Below are positions 1 to 9,427 of a DNA stretch of 64,000 nt, piece by piece. Origin of the DNA: Elusimicrobiota bacterium. GTDB lineage: Bacteria; Elusimicrobiota; Elusimicrobia; Elusimicrobiales; UBA9959. The notes under the pieces were generated by a model. The model was not told where the DNA came from, did no database searches, and worked only from the letters and a program-made list of their open reading frames with translations. Both the position numbers and the translations under genes were made by a program. Location: positions 97,671 to 161,670 of the forward strand of contig DMES01000077.1 of the NCBI GenBank assembly GCA_003450815.1, in the 5' to 3' direction. Each line of letters opens with the position of its first letter. Position 1 is the stretch's first letter.

Positions 1-1192
1 TAAGCACCGGGGAAACCGTTTCCAGACGCCCCGCCAGCTCCGGCACGCATTCAAAAAAACCGGCGGAGGTTAAAAGAAGTTTCAAGCGCGGCAGCTGGCC
101 CAAAGCTTTGCGCGCGGCGGCGATATCACGAGGGCTTGCGCTGCGGGCAAGAACCCTGCCTAACAGTCGTTCAATGTCGGGGATCTGAGATAGTATTTCC
201 GCAAGGTTCTCCCGCGCTTCCCGGTTCCCCGCCAGGAAAGCGGTAAAGTTCTGGCGGATGTTAACGGTATGCAGCTCGGCCAGCGGCTCAAGCAGCCATC
301 GTTTAAGCAGGCGGGAGCCCATGGAGGTTTTTGTAAGGTCAAGAACCCCCCAAAGCGTTTTTGAATCGTCGTCGTATTGCGAACTTACCAGTTCCAGCGT
401 TTTTATTGCGGATTCGTCCAGTTGCAGGCGGTTGAAGGGCTCAAAAAAAGAAGGGGAAAAAACCTCTTTCAGTCCTGGCTGGTTCCGGCGCACATACGCG
501 GCGGCGGCGGCGGCCGTTCGCGCGGCCAGCTTGTGATTGCGCCACACGCTTTCAAGCGCCCAGGCAGGCTCCGCCTCATGGCCGCTTTCATATTCCGTTA
601 TTTCCGTTCCGGAAAAAGAAATATTCTTTTTTTTAAGCTCGGATACGGTGTGCGGCCCGGCTATAATTTCAGCGGGAGCCAGGCGCGAAACCATTGCGAA
701 CAGGCCAGACAAATCCGGATCGTTGAGATTCTGGGTGGCAAAAAATTCGCCCGTGGACGCGTCAATGCAGGCCAGGCCCCAGCCCACTATATCAAGTTTA
801 ATCGATACCAGGTAATTGGACACCCTGGTACGCAGGAGCTCATCTTCCACTATGGTGCCGGGCGTTATCAGCCGCACCACTTCCCGTTTGAAAAGCTTTG
901 TTTTTTTCAAGTCGGCTGAAGGAGCTGTCTGTTCGCAGATTGCCACTTTGCGCCCTAGCGCCAGCAGCTTTGAAATATACCCGGATGCGGAGTGGTAGGG
1001 AATGCCGCACATGGGCACGCCGTTCCTGGCCGTAAGGGTAAGCCCAAGCAGGGCGCTCGCGGCGGCGGCGTCTTCGGAGAACATTTCGTAAAAATCGCCA
1101 AGCCTGAAAAAAAGTATGGCGTGAGGGCAGGAGTTTTTCAAAGTCTGGTATTGCTGCATCAGCGGCGTTTCAGGAATTTCGATATGGGACAT
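1..1192 (-). CDS. mutS: DNA mismatch repair protein MutS. N-terminal part only; the gene continues past the left window edge.
   Basis: The minus frame is open from the window edge to the ATG (complement of 1190-1192). The translation MSHIEIPETPLMQQYQTLKNSCPHAILFFRLGDFYEMF...GIPYHS...TSMGSRLLKRWLLEPL matches MutS mismatch-binding and core signatures. It is absent from the ORF track, probably because it runs off the window. Confidence 0.9.
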   Translation of the reverse strand, partial: MSHIEIPETPLMQQYQTLKNSCPHAILFFRLGDFYEMFSEDAAAASALLGLTLTARNGVPMCGIPYHSASGYISKLLALGRKVAICEQTAPSADLKKTKLFKREVVRLITPGTIVEDELLRTRVSNYLVSIKLDIVGWGLACIDASTGEFFATQNLNDPDLSGLFAMVSRLAPAEIIAGPHTVSELKKKNISFSGTEITEYESGHEAEPAWALESVWRNHKLAARTAAAAAAYVRRNQPGLKEVFSPSFFEPFNRLQLDESAIKTLELVSSQYDDDSKTLWGVLDLTKTSMGSRLLKRWLLEPLAELHTVNIRQNFTAFLAGNREARENLAEILSQIPDIERLLGRVLARSASPRDIAAARKALGQLPRLKLLLTSAGFFECVPELAGRLETVSPVL

Positions 1193-1198
1193 AATTTT

Positions 1199-1278
1199 AG
1201 GGTATAGGGGATAGGGTAGAGGGTTGAGGGAGCAGACATTAAGAACTCCTTAAGCCTAAACCCTGAACCCTATACCCT
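1199..1278. repeat. Intercistronic word-palindrome hairpin (GGGxTAG words) between the dus stop and the mutS start
   Basis: The 5' arm is agggtataggggatagggtagagggttgaggg and the 3' arm is agcctaaaccctgaaccctataccct. The outer ~10 bp are perfectly complementary. The central core read on the minus strand is cttaaggagttcttaatgtctgct. Confidence 0.7.
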
Positions 1279-2259
1279 TTCTTCTGTATATTGTATCAAA
1301 AGCGCCCTTGCATCTTTAAGGGTTTTCAGGGTCATGTAAGAAGCGCGGACGGCCGCGCTGCCGGGCAGGCCTTTGAGCCAGTATCCCACAAGCTTACGGG
1401 AGGCGGCAAGCCCCCGCTCCTCTCCGTAAAGTCCGGCGTTAAGTTCAATAAACCGCAAAAAAAGCTTCACGCGCTCTCTGTCGCTCAGCAATTCCGGAGA
1501 CCGGCCGCCCAGCTCGCCGGCTATTTCCCGGAAGACGGCTGGATTGCGCACCGCGCCTCTGCCTATGGCCACGCCGGCGCAGCCGGTTTCAAGGATGGCG
1601 CGCGCCTCGGGCGCTCCGCTTACACCGCCATTACCTATAACCGGTATCTTAACGGCGGCAGCCGTCAGGCGCAGGGCTTCAAAGTTGATGGGGCCGGAAT
1701 GGAAATTGGCGACCGGGCGGCCATGCAGCGTGATGGCAGCGACTCCCTCTTCTTCCATTATTTTCGCGAGTTCCGGGCTTAAAAGCTCTTTTTCATTCCA
1801 GCCGGGCCTCAATTTAACCATTACGGGCACTTGTACGCATTTACGGATTGTGCGCGCTATCTCCGCCAATAAGAGCGGTTTTTTCATCAGTGCCGCTCCC
1901 GCGCCGTTGCGCAGGATTTTTTTTACCGGACAACCCGCGTTGATGTCTATCGCGTCGGCTCCCGCTTCAACCGCCGCGCGCGCAGCCATTGCCAGCGCCG
2001 CCGGATCCGCGCCGAAGAGTTGTACCGCCACCGGATGCTCCGCGGGAGAAAGCTCCAGCATTTTAAAAGATTTTCTGTTGGCGTAGCGAATGCTGTCGGC
2101 GGAAACCATTTCCGTCACCACCAGCCCGGCCCCGCCTTCCGAAGCCAGTATCCTGAAGGACTGATTTGTGATGCCCGCCATGGGGGCGAGAAAAAGGTTG
2201 CTTTTAAGCTTTAAAGTCCCGATATGGAGCTCTTGGATTAACGGCATAGTCAGGAACAC
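1270..2259 (-). CDS. dus: tRNA-dihydrouridine synthase (Dus family). The start is GTG at 2259 or ATG at 2247.
   Basis: 329-aa ORF with LAPMAGITNQSFR, a TIM-barrel flavoprotein pattern and NAGCPVKKI, typical of the DusB/Dus family. Confidence 0.85.
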   Translation of the reverse strand: MFLTMPLIQELHIGTLKLKSNLFLAPMAGITNQSFRILASEGGAGLVVTEMVSADSIRYANRKSFKMLELSPAEHPVAVQLFGADPAALAMAARAAVEAGADAIDINAGCPVKKILRNGAGAALMKKPLLLAEIARTIRKCVQVPVMVKLRPGWNEKELLSPELAKIMEEEGVAAITLHGRPVANFHSGPINFEALRLTAAAVKIPVIGNGGVSGAPEARAILETGCAGVAIGRGAVRNPAVFREIAGELGGRSPELLSDRERVKLFLRFIELNAGLYGEERGLAASRKLVGYWLKGLPGSAAVRASYMTLKTLKDARALLIQYTEERV

Positions 2260-2384
2260 ATGCGAATAACCGGCGAATGAACGGATATGCCAATCAGTGC
2301 GAAGACCGTGCGGATATATCGCTTGGATTTAAAGCAGCATTCGTGTTTATTCGCATAAGCCGTTAATTCGCATAAAATTCGCAT
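2260..2384. repeat. Intercistronic word-palindrome hairpin (GCGAAT words)
   Basis: atgcgaataaccggcgaatgaacgg (2260-2284) is complementary to ccgttaattcgcataaaattcgcat (2360-2384). It fills the gap between the stop of the 2389 gene and the dus start. Confidence 0.6.
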
Positions 2385-2388
2385 TGGG

Positions 2389-3126
2389 TCAGGGTTTAAT
2401 TGAATAGTTACCGTCGTGGGAAACGCTGAAATCGCGCGGCGCTCTTTTACGCAGAGTGTTGATTTCTAGTCCCGGCGCGCCTATTTTACGCAGTATTCCC
2501 TCCTGGAAAGAGCAGGCCTTGGCCTCAACGTTAAAAATGTCTTCAAGACTTGTGTAATCGAGAGCCGCGGGATTAACCGAGAATTTCCGTTCATCCTTCT
2601 CGCCGGGAAGAGGCGGCCGGATCTTTTCCCTTTTTTGGGAATTAAATTTCATATAGGCGTGAAAAGCCTGGTGGGCGATAAGCCCGGCGCACCAGGTAAG
2701 TGAGCGCCCGGCCTGGGCGCGTGACAGCGCGGCCACCGGCCGACCGTTGTCCAGGTAAAAGTCCGTCTTATTTTCGTTGCGTATGACGGAGAGATATTTT
2801 TTAATGAACAGGAAATTTTTTCTGTCGGAGAGCCAGATGCGTTTAAGCGACTGCGTGACCTGGTTTTTAAAATTCTCGTCTCCTTGTATGTCAAGGCCGG
2901 CCTCAGGCCCCTCCGCGCCCATATTCTGCGCTGGGAGTGCCCGCTCCCCGTGCTGCGCTCCCCTGAAGCCGTCAGGCGTCACTGGCGTGCCGCCTTTCTC
3001 CGGGGCCTGGTCACTTGCGCCGTTTTTCGCTATATAATACCAGACCCCCGCTCCTATAAAAAGCAACGGCAGCAACGCCAGGACTTTAGCGGTCCTGAAA
3101 AAACTTTTATGTTCCGTTGTTTCCAT
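2389..3126 (-). CDS. Hypothetical membrane-anchored protein
   Basis: 245-aa ORF with one N-terminal hydrophobic helix (VLALLPLLFIGAGVWYYI). No family recognised. Confidence 0.5.
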   Translation of the reverse strand: METTEHKSFFRTAKVLALLPLLFIGAGVWYYIAKNGASDQAPEKGGTPVTPDGFRGAQHGERALPAQNMGAEGPEAGLDIQGDENFKNQVTQSLKRIWLSDRKNFLFIKKYLSVIRNENKTDFYLDNGRPVAALSRAQAGRSLTWCAGLIAHQAFHAYMKFNSQKREKIRPPLPGEKDERKFSVNPAALDYTSLEDIFNVEAKACSFQEGILRKIGAPGLEINTLRKRAPRDFSVSHDGNYSIKP

Positions 3127-3128
3127 CG

Positions 3129-3220
3129 GTAAGTGATTAAGCGATTGAGTAATTAAGTGATTGAGTTTAAGAATCTCCGACTCTTACTCAATTACTTAAT
3201 CACTTCTTCACTATCTTCAC
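3129..3220. repeat. Intercistronic word-palindrome hairpin (GTGATTAA/GTAATTAA words)
   Basis: The 5' arm is gtaagtgattaagcgattgagtaattaagtgattgag and the 3' arm is actcaattacttaatcacttcttcactatcttcac. The inner 20 nt pair at about 17/20. It uses the same word set as the element at 19494-19595. Confidence 0.7.
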
Positions 3221-3618
3221 TTCAACGCTTTCAGATAAGACTTGTAGAACGCCTGCAATTCGTTATCCGGGTTCTGGAACTCAAGAAGATGTTTTTTACA
3301 GCCTCGCTTGGAACAAAACTGCACCTGCCCGCCACCTGTAAGGTCAAACGCGACCATTTGTGCGCCGCAGACTTCGCATTTTCTGATTATTTTAAGATCC
3401 GCTTTGCAATGGGGGCAGCGGAAACCGGCCGCTTTGCCGAGTGGCACGTTGAGTTCGCTCTCAATCGCGTAACTGCCGTAAAGCGAGCTGAGATACAGGG
3501 GGGCATGTTTTCCCGCGTAGGTCAGATTTACTTCCAGCGCCGGCGCCTTATCCAGCTTCTTCTTGGCACTCACCAAGGATTTGCCGCAACACGGGCATTT
3601 AACGGAAATACATATCAT
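3217..3618 (-). CDS. Small multi-CxxC zinc-ribbon protein
   Basis: MICISVKCPCCG...CPHC...CEVC...C..RGC gives four Cys pairs. GGAGG lies 6 nt upstream of the ATG at 3616-3618. The longer ORF-track start at 3657 has no RBS. Confidence 0.55.
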   Translation of the reverse strand: MICISVKCPCCGKSLVSAKKKLDKAPALEVNLTYAGKHAPLYLSSLYGSYAIESELNVPLGKAAGFRCPHCKADLKIIRKCEVCGAQMVAFDLTGGGQVQFCSKRGCKKHLLEFQNPDNELQAFYKSYLKALK

Positions 3619-3905
3619 TGTAGCCTCCAAAAAAACCTGCTGCCGGCCGGCATACATACCGGCTCAGGCTGGATCCCATTGTTACGCCAATATAATACTA
3701 AATTATCCCATCGCCTGCTTAATATTTCACAAAAGACCCCCACTTTTTGTATTATTAGAAACAGTAGCTTGCTTTTTGTGGTTTGGGCACACCCGGAAGA
3801 TGCGGATAAGGGAAAACCTCACAACCGCTTATATTTCCTGTTTGTAGCTTTGGCCGGGAGGATAACGCGCTGGAAAGCCTGTCCCCGGGAAAACAAGGAG
3901 GCCGA

Positions 3906-5627
3906 ATGGCATGTATTTGTTTAGTCGACGATGACCCCTTGGCCATCATGTTACTTAAAGACTGGCTGGAACCCCTCGGATACAAAGTCTGCGCGGCTGG
4001 TTCGGCGGAGACCTTCGTCGATTTGATGTCCACCACCATACCCGATCTCATCATAATGGATATGCAGTTCCCCGGCGGCGGAGCTCCGGCCGCCATGAAA
4101 GTGATGCAGGGCCGCAAGGAGCTTGCCTCCATACCGGTCATCTTATTCACATCAATGCCCACAGAACAGATAAACCAGTGGTTCCCTGAATCACCACTGT
4201 GCAGGCATCATGTAAAGCCGATTGATTTTCCCCGGATGGAAAAGCTCTTCGAGGAACTGTTGCAAGACAAATACCTTCGTCCGACCGAAATTTCCACCCC
4301 GCTTCCGCCGCACGTCCCCCTATCTACCGCCGGCCCTTCCGCGCTAGCCAAGCTCTTCGAGGCCGAGGGAACCAGGTTGCGAAAAAAGAATGAAACCTCT
4401 GACGCAAAACTGGCGGTAGCCGGACGCCTGGCAGAGCAGCTCCTGGCGGACGCTGTAACCGCCGGAGCCAGCGATATACATATTGAATCTTTCCGCGACA
4501 TGGTCATTGTCCGGTATCGCATCGACGGAACACTCAAGGACCAGCTATCCTACGCGAAAGACCTGCCGTTGCTCGCACGCCTTCGCATCATGGCGGGCCT
4601 GGCTCCGATAGCCACGGCGGCCCCTCTCCCGGAGGAGGGGAGCTTCGACGTCTCTCCCGGCATCAGGGCTCGTCTCGCCTTGTATCCTTCAGCATGCGGG
4701 GACAAGATTGCCATCCGCATCCTTAATAAAAACCAAGGAATACTAAACCTGGAAGCGCTCGGGTTCCTGCCGGACGATCTCAAGAGGATTAGGAGCATAA
4801 TAAGCCAGCCAAACGGGATATTTCTGGTCTCAGGAGCGACCGGCAGCGGCAAAACAACCACCCTGTGCAGCCTCATGCTGGAATCAAATGCCGCAGGGAC
4901 CAACATCATGACTCTGGAGGACCCGATCGAATACCAGCTTCCCAGGGTTATTCATACGCAGGTCAACCCCAAGGCCGGACTAACTTTCGCCGAAGGCCTG
5001 CGGGCTATGCTCCGCCAGGACCCGAACATCATCATGGTGGGAGAGATCCGGGACAAGGGAACCGCCGAGGTCGCCTTCCAGGCGGCGATGACAGGCCATC
5101 TGATTTTATCTTCGATCCACGCCACCGACGCAAGCGGAGTCGTAGCCCGTCTTATCGGTATGGGCATCGACCCTTACATGATCAGCACTTTTCTGATCGG
5201 AGCGCTGTCGCAGCACCTGGTCCGCCGGGTATGCCCCCATTGCTCCCGCCGCTCCGTCCCCGACCCGGCGGTGATCGCGGCTATCATGAAAACAGTCAAT
5301 CAGCACGTAGGCCGGAGCATAGAAACCATCCTCAACACTAAAGGCGGACGGTTCCTCTCACCTGCCGGCTGCGAGGCGTGCTCTGGCACAGGATACAAGG
5401 GCCGTGTCGGGATCTATGAGTTGCTTTCCATCAACTCGGCGATCTCCGAATTGATTTTCCGGAAAGCCAGCGTCAACGAGCTCTCGACTGCGGCCACCAA
5501 ATCCGGAATGAAGACATTCGTAATTGACGCGGTAACCAAGGCCTGGGGCGGTTGGACGACTATCCAGGAAGCGGCACAGGTGGCGCGCTGGGTGGCCGCC
5601 GGGCCTGAGGAATCTCGCCGGTTATAG
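3906..5627 (+). CDS. Receiver (REC) domain fused to a GspE/PilB-type secretion ATPase
   Basis: The N-terminus has LVDDD...IIMDMQFPGGG...LFTS...VKP, the CheY-like acidic pocket, phospho-Asp, Thr and Lys pattern. The C-terminus has Walker A GATGSGKTTT, the GspE Asp and His boxes, and a CPHC...CEAC tetracysteine. AAGGAGG RBS. Confidence 0.85.
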   Translation: MACICLVDDDPLAIMLLKDWLEPLGYKVCAAGSAETFVDLMSTTIPDLIIMDMQFPGGGAPAAMKVMQGRKELASIPVILFTSMPTEQINQWFPESPLCRHHVKPIDFPRMEKLFEELLQDKYLRPTEISTPLPPHVPLSTAGPSALAKLFEAEGTRLRKKNETSDAKLAVAGRLAEQLLADAVTAGASDIHIESFRDMVIVRYRIDGTLKDQLSYAKDLPLLARLRIMAGLAPIATAAPLPEEGSFDVSPGIRARLALYPSACGDKIAIRILNKNQGILNLEALGFLPDDLKRIRSIISQPNGIFLVSGATGSGKTTTLCSLMLESNAAGTNIMTLEDPIEYQLPRVIHTQVNPKAGLTFAEGLRAMLRQDPNIIMVGEIRDKGTAEVAFQAAMTGHLILSSIHATDASGVVARLIGMGIDPYMISTFLIGALSQHLVRRVCPHCSRRSVPDPAVIAAIMKTVNQHVGRSIETILNTKGGRFLSPAGCEACSGTGYKGRVGIYELLSINSAISELIFRKASVNELSTAATKSGMKTFVIDAVTKAWGGWTTIQEAAQVARWVAAGPEESRRL

Positions 5628-5672
5628 CCAAAGTTTAACCCGACGCATCAATTGCGTAAATTGGCAAAGATG

Positions 5673-6284
5673 TTATTTTGCGGAATCGTTCGACTGTGTT
5701 CCAGCGCCTGCAGTGGAAAACCCGGGCTTTAGACCTCTTGTCTTATATATCCGTGCCGCGGCATCATCGTTATTTATGTCCAGCCTTAACGCTGCGTACC
5801 ATTCTCTGAGCGCCGCGGCAGTATCTCCCGCCCCATAAAATTTTACGCCTTCCAGATAATGCTTCCGGGACTTCAACCGGTCGGCTTCAGACACCGCGGT
5901 TGCCCGGCTTATGGCATCAGGATTTGTTATGTCCTGTATCCGGCGCAATCCGGTCACGGCATTCTCATTGCCGGGATAATAGCGCAGCGCAATTCCCCAC
6001 TCCGCGGCGGCCTTTTCATATTCATCGCTGCTTTGAAAAATTTTTAACCCTTCAAGATAATGCTTCTGAGACGCAACGCAGTCGGCTTCAGACACCTCTG
6101 CGCCTTTCACCGGACCACATTCCTTGTTTAATGAAGGTCCCGGCGCAGAAAAACTGACACTGCTTTTCGCGTCTGTCTTATTTATTTTATCTACAGCAGG
6201 TGCAAAGGAAGAAAAGCGATAAGCCGCATAGCCCCCTCCAAGCAGACAAATGCTGATGACGCCCAATACAAGCTTCACCTTCAT
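5673..6284 (-). CDS. Secreted or membrane-anchored protein with two TPR-like repeats
   Basis: MKVKLVLGVISICLLGG is a signal or anchor. There are two copies of KHYLEG.K....D...AA.EW..ALR. The start was chosen at the internal Met (6284) rather than 6359. Confidence 0.5.
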   Translation of the reverse strand: MKVKLVLGVISICLLGGGYAAYRFSSFAPAVDKINKTDAKSSVSFSAPGPSLNKECGPVKGAEVSEADCVASQKHYLEGLKIFQSSDEYEKAAAEWGIALRYYPGNENAVTGLRRIQDITNPDAISRATAVSEADRLKSRKHYLEGVKFYGAGDTAAALREWYAALRLDINNDDAAARIYKTRGLKPGFSTAGAGTQSNDSAK

Positions 6285-6380
6285 ATGTTCAATAGGATAA
6301 TAGATTTTTATTGCGGAACTATTACGGAGGGGAGAAGTAAAATTGCTCCAGCGCTTCAAATCCGGCTTAGAGCTTACTTC

Positions 6381-8330
6381 TTATTCATACCTCAGCGCGT
6401 CTATCGGCGAAAGGAGTGAGGCTTTTTTTGCCGGCCAGAAGCCGAACACAATACCCACCCCGGCCGAAAAGCCGAAGGCCAGGGCCACTGAAAAAGGCGA
6501 GATATAAACCGCCCAGCCGGAAAGTTTTGAAAGTATAAGAGAGCTGGCCGCTCCGGCTATTATGCCCAGCAGGCCGCCCACCACCGATACTATCACCGCC
6601 TCTATCAGGAACTGCAGCAGCACCGCACGGCTTGTGGCGCCAATGGCCTTGCGCAGGCCTATCTCCTTGGTGCGCTCGCTGACGCTTACCAGCATTATGT
6701 TCATTATGCCTATGCCGCCCACTATCAGCGAGATGCCCGCTATCATGCCCAGCAGCGTACTGAAGGTTTTTATGGTGCCGGTCAGCATGGTCTGCATCTC
6801 GGCCATATTCATCAGCATCACATCGTCGGCCTTGTGGGCGGGCACATTGTGCCGCTTGCGCATCAGCTCCTTTATTCTCCCCTGCACCTCCGGCATAAGG
6901 CTGAAATCGGACACTTCCACCCAGACTGAATCAATATAGTTTTTACCCAGCACCACCTTCATGGCGGTCTGCAGCGGCACTATCACCACATCGTCCTGGT
7001 CACGCGGGCCCTGTGCGCCCTTAAGCGGCAGCACGCCTATCACTGTAAAATACTTGCTGTTTATCTTAATGGTCTTTCCCACCGGGTTCTCTCCGGCAAA
7101 CAGCTCCTTCACCACTGTGTTGCCCACAAGCGCCACTTTGGCCAGCCGCGCCCCCTCAGCGTCTGAGAAAAAGCGGCCGTAATAAGGCTGAGAGTTGCGC
7201 ATTGCGGCGTAAACGGCTGTGACCCCAGTGATATTAGTGCGCTGGTTCTTTGCGCCGTAAGCCACCTGGGCGTTGCCGGAAACATTGGAATCGGCCCTGG
7301 TAATGTTCGGCACCTCACTCGCGATGGCCTTGGCGTCATCCAGGGTTAGGCGGCTGACAGCGCCGGCACCGAGGCCCGCGCCGCCCTGGCGGAACATGCC
7401 GGGCATAACGCTCAGCAGATTGGTGCCTAGAGAAGACATCTGCTTCTGTATGGAGCGCTGGGCGCCGGTGCCCACCGCCAGCATGGCTATCAGGGCGCCA
7501 ACGCCTATGATTATGCCCAGCATGGTCAGAAGCGACCTGGTTTTATTGCTTATTATCGAGCTGACCGACGAGGCAAGATTTTCGGACACCTCGCGCCAAC
7601 TGAGAAAAAAGGATCCGGGGATGTGCAGGCGCGCGGCCGCGGCTGTTTTTTTTGCCGTGGCTTTTTTAGACACATCCTCAATTATCTGGCCGTCTTTCAG
7701 TTTTATAACACGGTCTGCCCAGGCGGCGATGTCGGGTTCATGCGTGACTATCACCACCGTAATGCCGCTCTCGTTGAGCTTGCGGAAAATGTGCATTATC
7801 TCGTTAGACTGGTCGGAAGCCAGGTTGCCGGTGGGTTCGTCGGCGAATATTATTTTAGGACTGTTGACCAGAGAGCGGGCTATGGCTACGCGCTGCTGCT
7901 GGCCGCCGGAGAGCTGGTTGGGTTTATGGTCGGCCCGGTTAGCGAGCCCCACCTGTTCCAGGTATTTTGCCGCTTCGTGCGGGCGCGCTTTTTCACCAAG
8001 GTAAATTTGCGGCAGGGCCACATTGGAGGCGGCGCTTATGCGGGGCAGCAGGTTGAACTGCTGGAACACGAAACCGAGTATGCGCGCCCTCAGGTAGGAC
8101 AGTTCCACATCGTTCAGCTCGGAAATTTCACGGCCGAACAGCTTATAGGAGCCGGCGCTGGGCCGATCGAGCAGGCCCAGTATGTGCATCAGCGTGGACT
8201 TGCCGGAGCCGGACGGCCCCATGATGGCGACAAACTCGCCCTCCTTTACCGAAAGATCAACGCCTTTTAAAATCTCAAGCGGCTCACCGCCCATCTGGTA
8301 AACTTTCTTAATGCCTTTAAGTTCGATCAT
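6381..8330 (-). CDS. macB: MacB-type ABC transporter (ATPase fused to FtsX-like permease)
   Basis: GPSGSGKST Walker A, LSGGQQQRVAIARS signature, and a C-terminal four-TM MacB/FtsX permease with a large periplasmic loop. Confidence 0.9.
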   Translation of the reverse strand: MIELKGIKKVYQMGGEPLEILKGVDLSVKEGEFVAIMGPSGSGKSTLMHILGLLDRPSAGSYKLFGREISELNDVELSYLRARILGFVFQQFNLLPRISAASNVALPQIYLGEKARPHEAAKYLEQVGLANRADHKPNQLSGGQQQRVAIARSLVNSPKIIFADEPTGNLASDQSNEIMHIFRKLNESGITVVIVTHEPDIAAWADRVIKLKDGQIIEDVSKKATAKKTAAAARLHIPGSFFLSWREVSENLASSVSSIISNKTRSLLTMLGIIIGVGALIAMLAVGTGAQRSIQKQMSSLGTNLLSVMPGMFRQGGAGLGAGAVSRLTLDDAKAIASEVPNITRADSNVSGNAQVAYGAKNQRTNITGVTAVYAAMRNSQPYYGRFFSDAEGARLAKVALVGNTVVKELFAGENPVGKTIKINSKYFTVIGVLPLKGAQGPRDQDDVVIVPLQTAMKVVLGKNYIDSVWVEVSDFSLMPEVQGRIKELMRKRHNVPAHKADDVMLMNMAEMQTMLTGTIKTFSTLLGMIAGISLIVGGIGIMNIMLVSVSERTKEIGLRKAIGATSRAVLLQFLIEAVIVSVVGGLLGIIAGAASSLILSKLSGWAVYISPFSVALAFGFSAGVGIVFGFWPAKKASLLSPIDALRYE

Positions 8331-8336
8331 AATGAA

Positions 8337-8443
8337 AGGGTATAGGGTAGAGGGTTCCGGGTAGAGGGGAAGGAGTTTCTTGTTTCTGCAATCTCTCCCC
8401 TCACTTGTTTACTCTCTACCCTAACCACTAATCCCTATATCCC
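8337..8443. repeat. Word-palindrome hairpin (GGGTAGAG words) between macA and macB
   Basis: The arms are agggtatagggtagagggttccgggtagagggga and tctcccctcacttgtttactctctaccctaaccactaatccctatatccc. The core aaggagtttcttgtttct (8370-8387) is identical to 11961-11978. Confidence 0.7.
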
Positions 8444-8447
8444 GCTC

Positions 8448-9422
8448 TTAATGCATCGCCCTGCCGGCACCGCGCGGCATGGCGGGACGGCTGGGCATCA
8501 GAGGGTTTTTACCTGAAGAATCTACTTGCGCCGTATAGCCTTTTTTTAAATAAAAGACCGTCTCCCCGGCTTCAAGTCCGGAAACTATCTCCACCTGTTC
8601 GCCCTCATTGCGGCCGGTCTCCACCCTGGCGTAAACAGGCTGGCCGTCTTTCAATTCCTTTATCACCACCGTTTCGCCCTGCTGGTTGGTGGTGACCGCC
8701 ATGGCCGGCAGCAGCAGGATATTTTTGCGCTCCGAGATGGCTATTTTTATATTGGCTGTCATCTGCGAGCGGAAGAACGCCGGCACGCTCTCCGGGCGTA
8801 TTTTTACGGTATAGGTGACCACATTGCTCTTAATGGTTCCCTCATCCAGTATTTTGAAAACCGTGCCGCGTACCCGCTTGTCCGGGTAGGCGTCCAGCAC
8901 TATGGTGGCCCGCTGGCCCGGTTTTACCCTGCCTACATCCGACTCGTCCAGGCTGGCGGCAACCAGCAGTTTGTCGGACAGGGCAAACAGCACGGCGCCG
9001 GAATTCACAGTCTGGCCCTCCACCACATTCCTGAGTATCAGCGTGCCGCTTATCGGTGAAATGATTTTAATGGGCTTGTAGGTTTCTTTCCACTGTTTGT
9101 ACTGGTCGTCGCCGGCGGAGCGCGCCGCGTCCAGTATTGCCACGCGGTCGGAGGAGCTCATCAGCGCCAGCACCTCGCCGGCCTTTATCGCCTCGCCTTC
9201 GTCCACAAGAATCTCTTCTATGCGGCCCGAGGCGGAGGGCTGTATCTCCACACGGTTCTCCGGCGCTATAACGCCTGTGGTATCCACCACTTCTGAAAGG
9301 TCCCTAAGTTCCGCCTGTGCGCTGATATATTTCGGCTTGCCCTTGCCGCTATTTTTTTTAAACGCGTACCAGCCGCCGCCGGCCACCGCCGCAACCAAAA
9401 GGATGATGATGAATTTTTTCAT
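8448..9422 (-). CDS. macA: MacA/HlyD-family periplasmic adaptor
   Basis: N-terminal anchor plus biotinyl-lipoyl-like and beta-barrel segments (e.g. VEIQPSASGRIEEILVDEGEAIKAGEVLA). Located between the tolC-like and macB genes. Confidence 0.85.
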   Translation of the reverse strand: MKKFIIILLVAAVAGGGWYAFKKNSGKGKPKYISAQAELRDLSEVVDTTGVIAPENRVEIQPSASGRIEEILVDEGEAIKAGEVLALMSSSDRVAILDAARSAGDDQYKQWKETYKPIKIISPISGTLILRNVVEGQTVNSGAVLFALSDKLLVAASLDESDVGRVKPGQRATIVLDAYPDKRVRGTVFKILDEGTIKSNVVTYTVKIRPESVPAFFRSQMTANIKIAISERKNILLLPAMAVTTNQQGETVVIKELKDGQPVYARVETGRNEGEQVEIVSGLEAGETVFYLKKGYTAQVDSSGKNPLMPSRPAMPRGAGRAMH

Positions 9423-9427
9423 ATTAT

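Noticed and set aside
258-1207. Several plus-strand ORFs (258-536, 377-919, 537-815, 816-998, 992-1207)
   Set aside because: They lie antisense to a continuous minus-strand frame with clear MutS motifs. Their translations are low-complexity (Arg/Gly/Ser-rich) with no RBS.
3157-3924. 255-aa plus-strand ORF
   Set aside because: It starts inside a word-palindrome element, runs antisense through the zinc-ribbon gene and crosses the intergenic region. No RBS or motif was found.
4865-5341. Alternative-frame ORFs inside the GspE-like gene (4865-5341 plus; 4550-4909, 4952-5167 and 5106-5306 minus)
   Set aside because: These are typical long spurious frames in GC-rich coding DNA. The main frame has unambiguous ATPase motifs.
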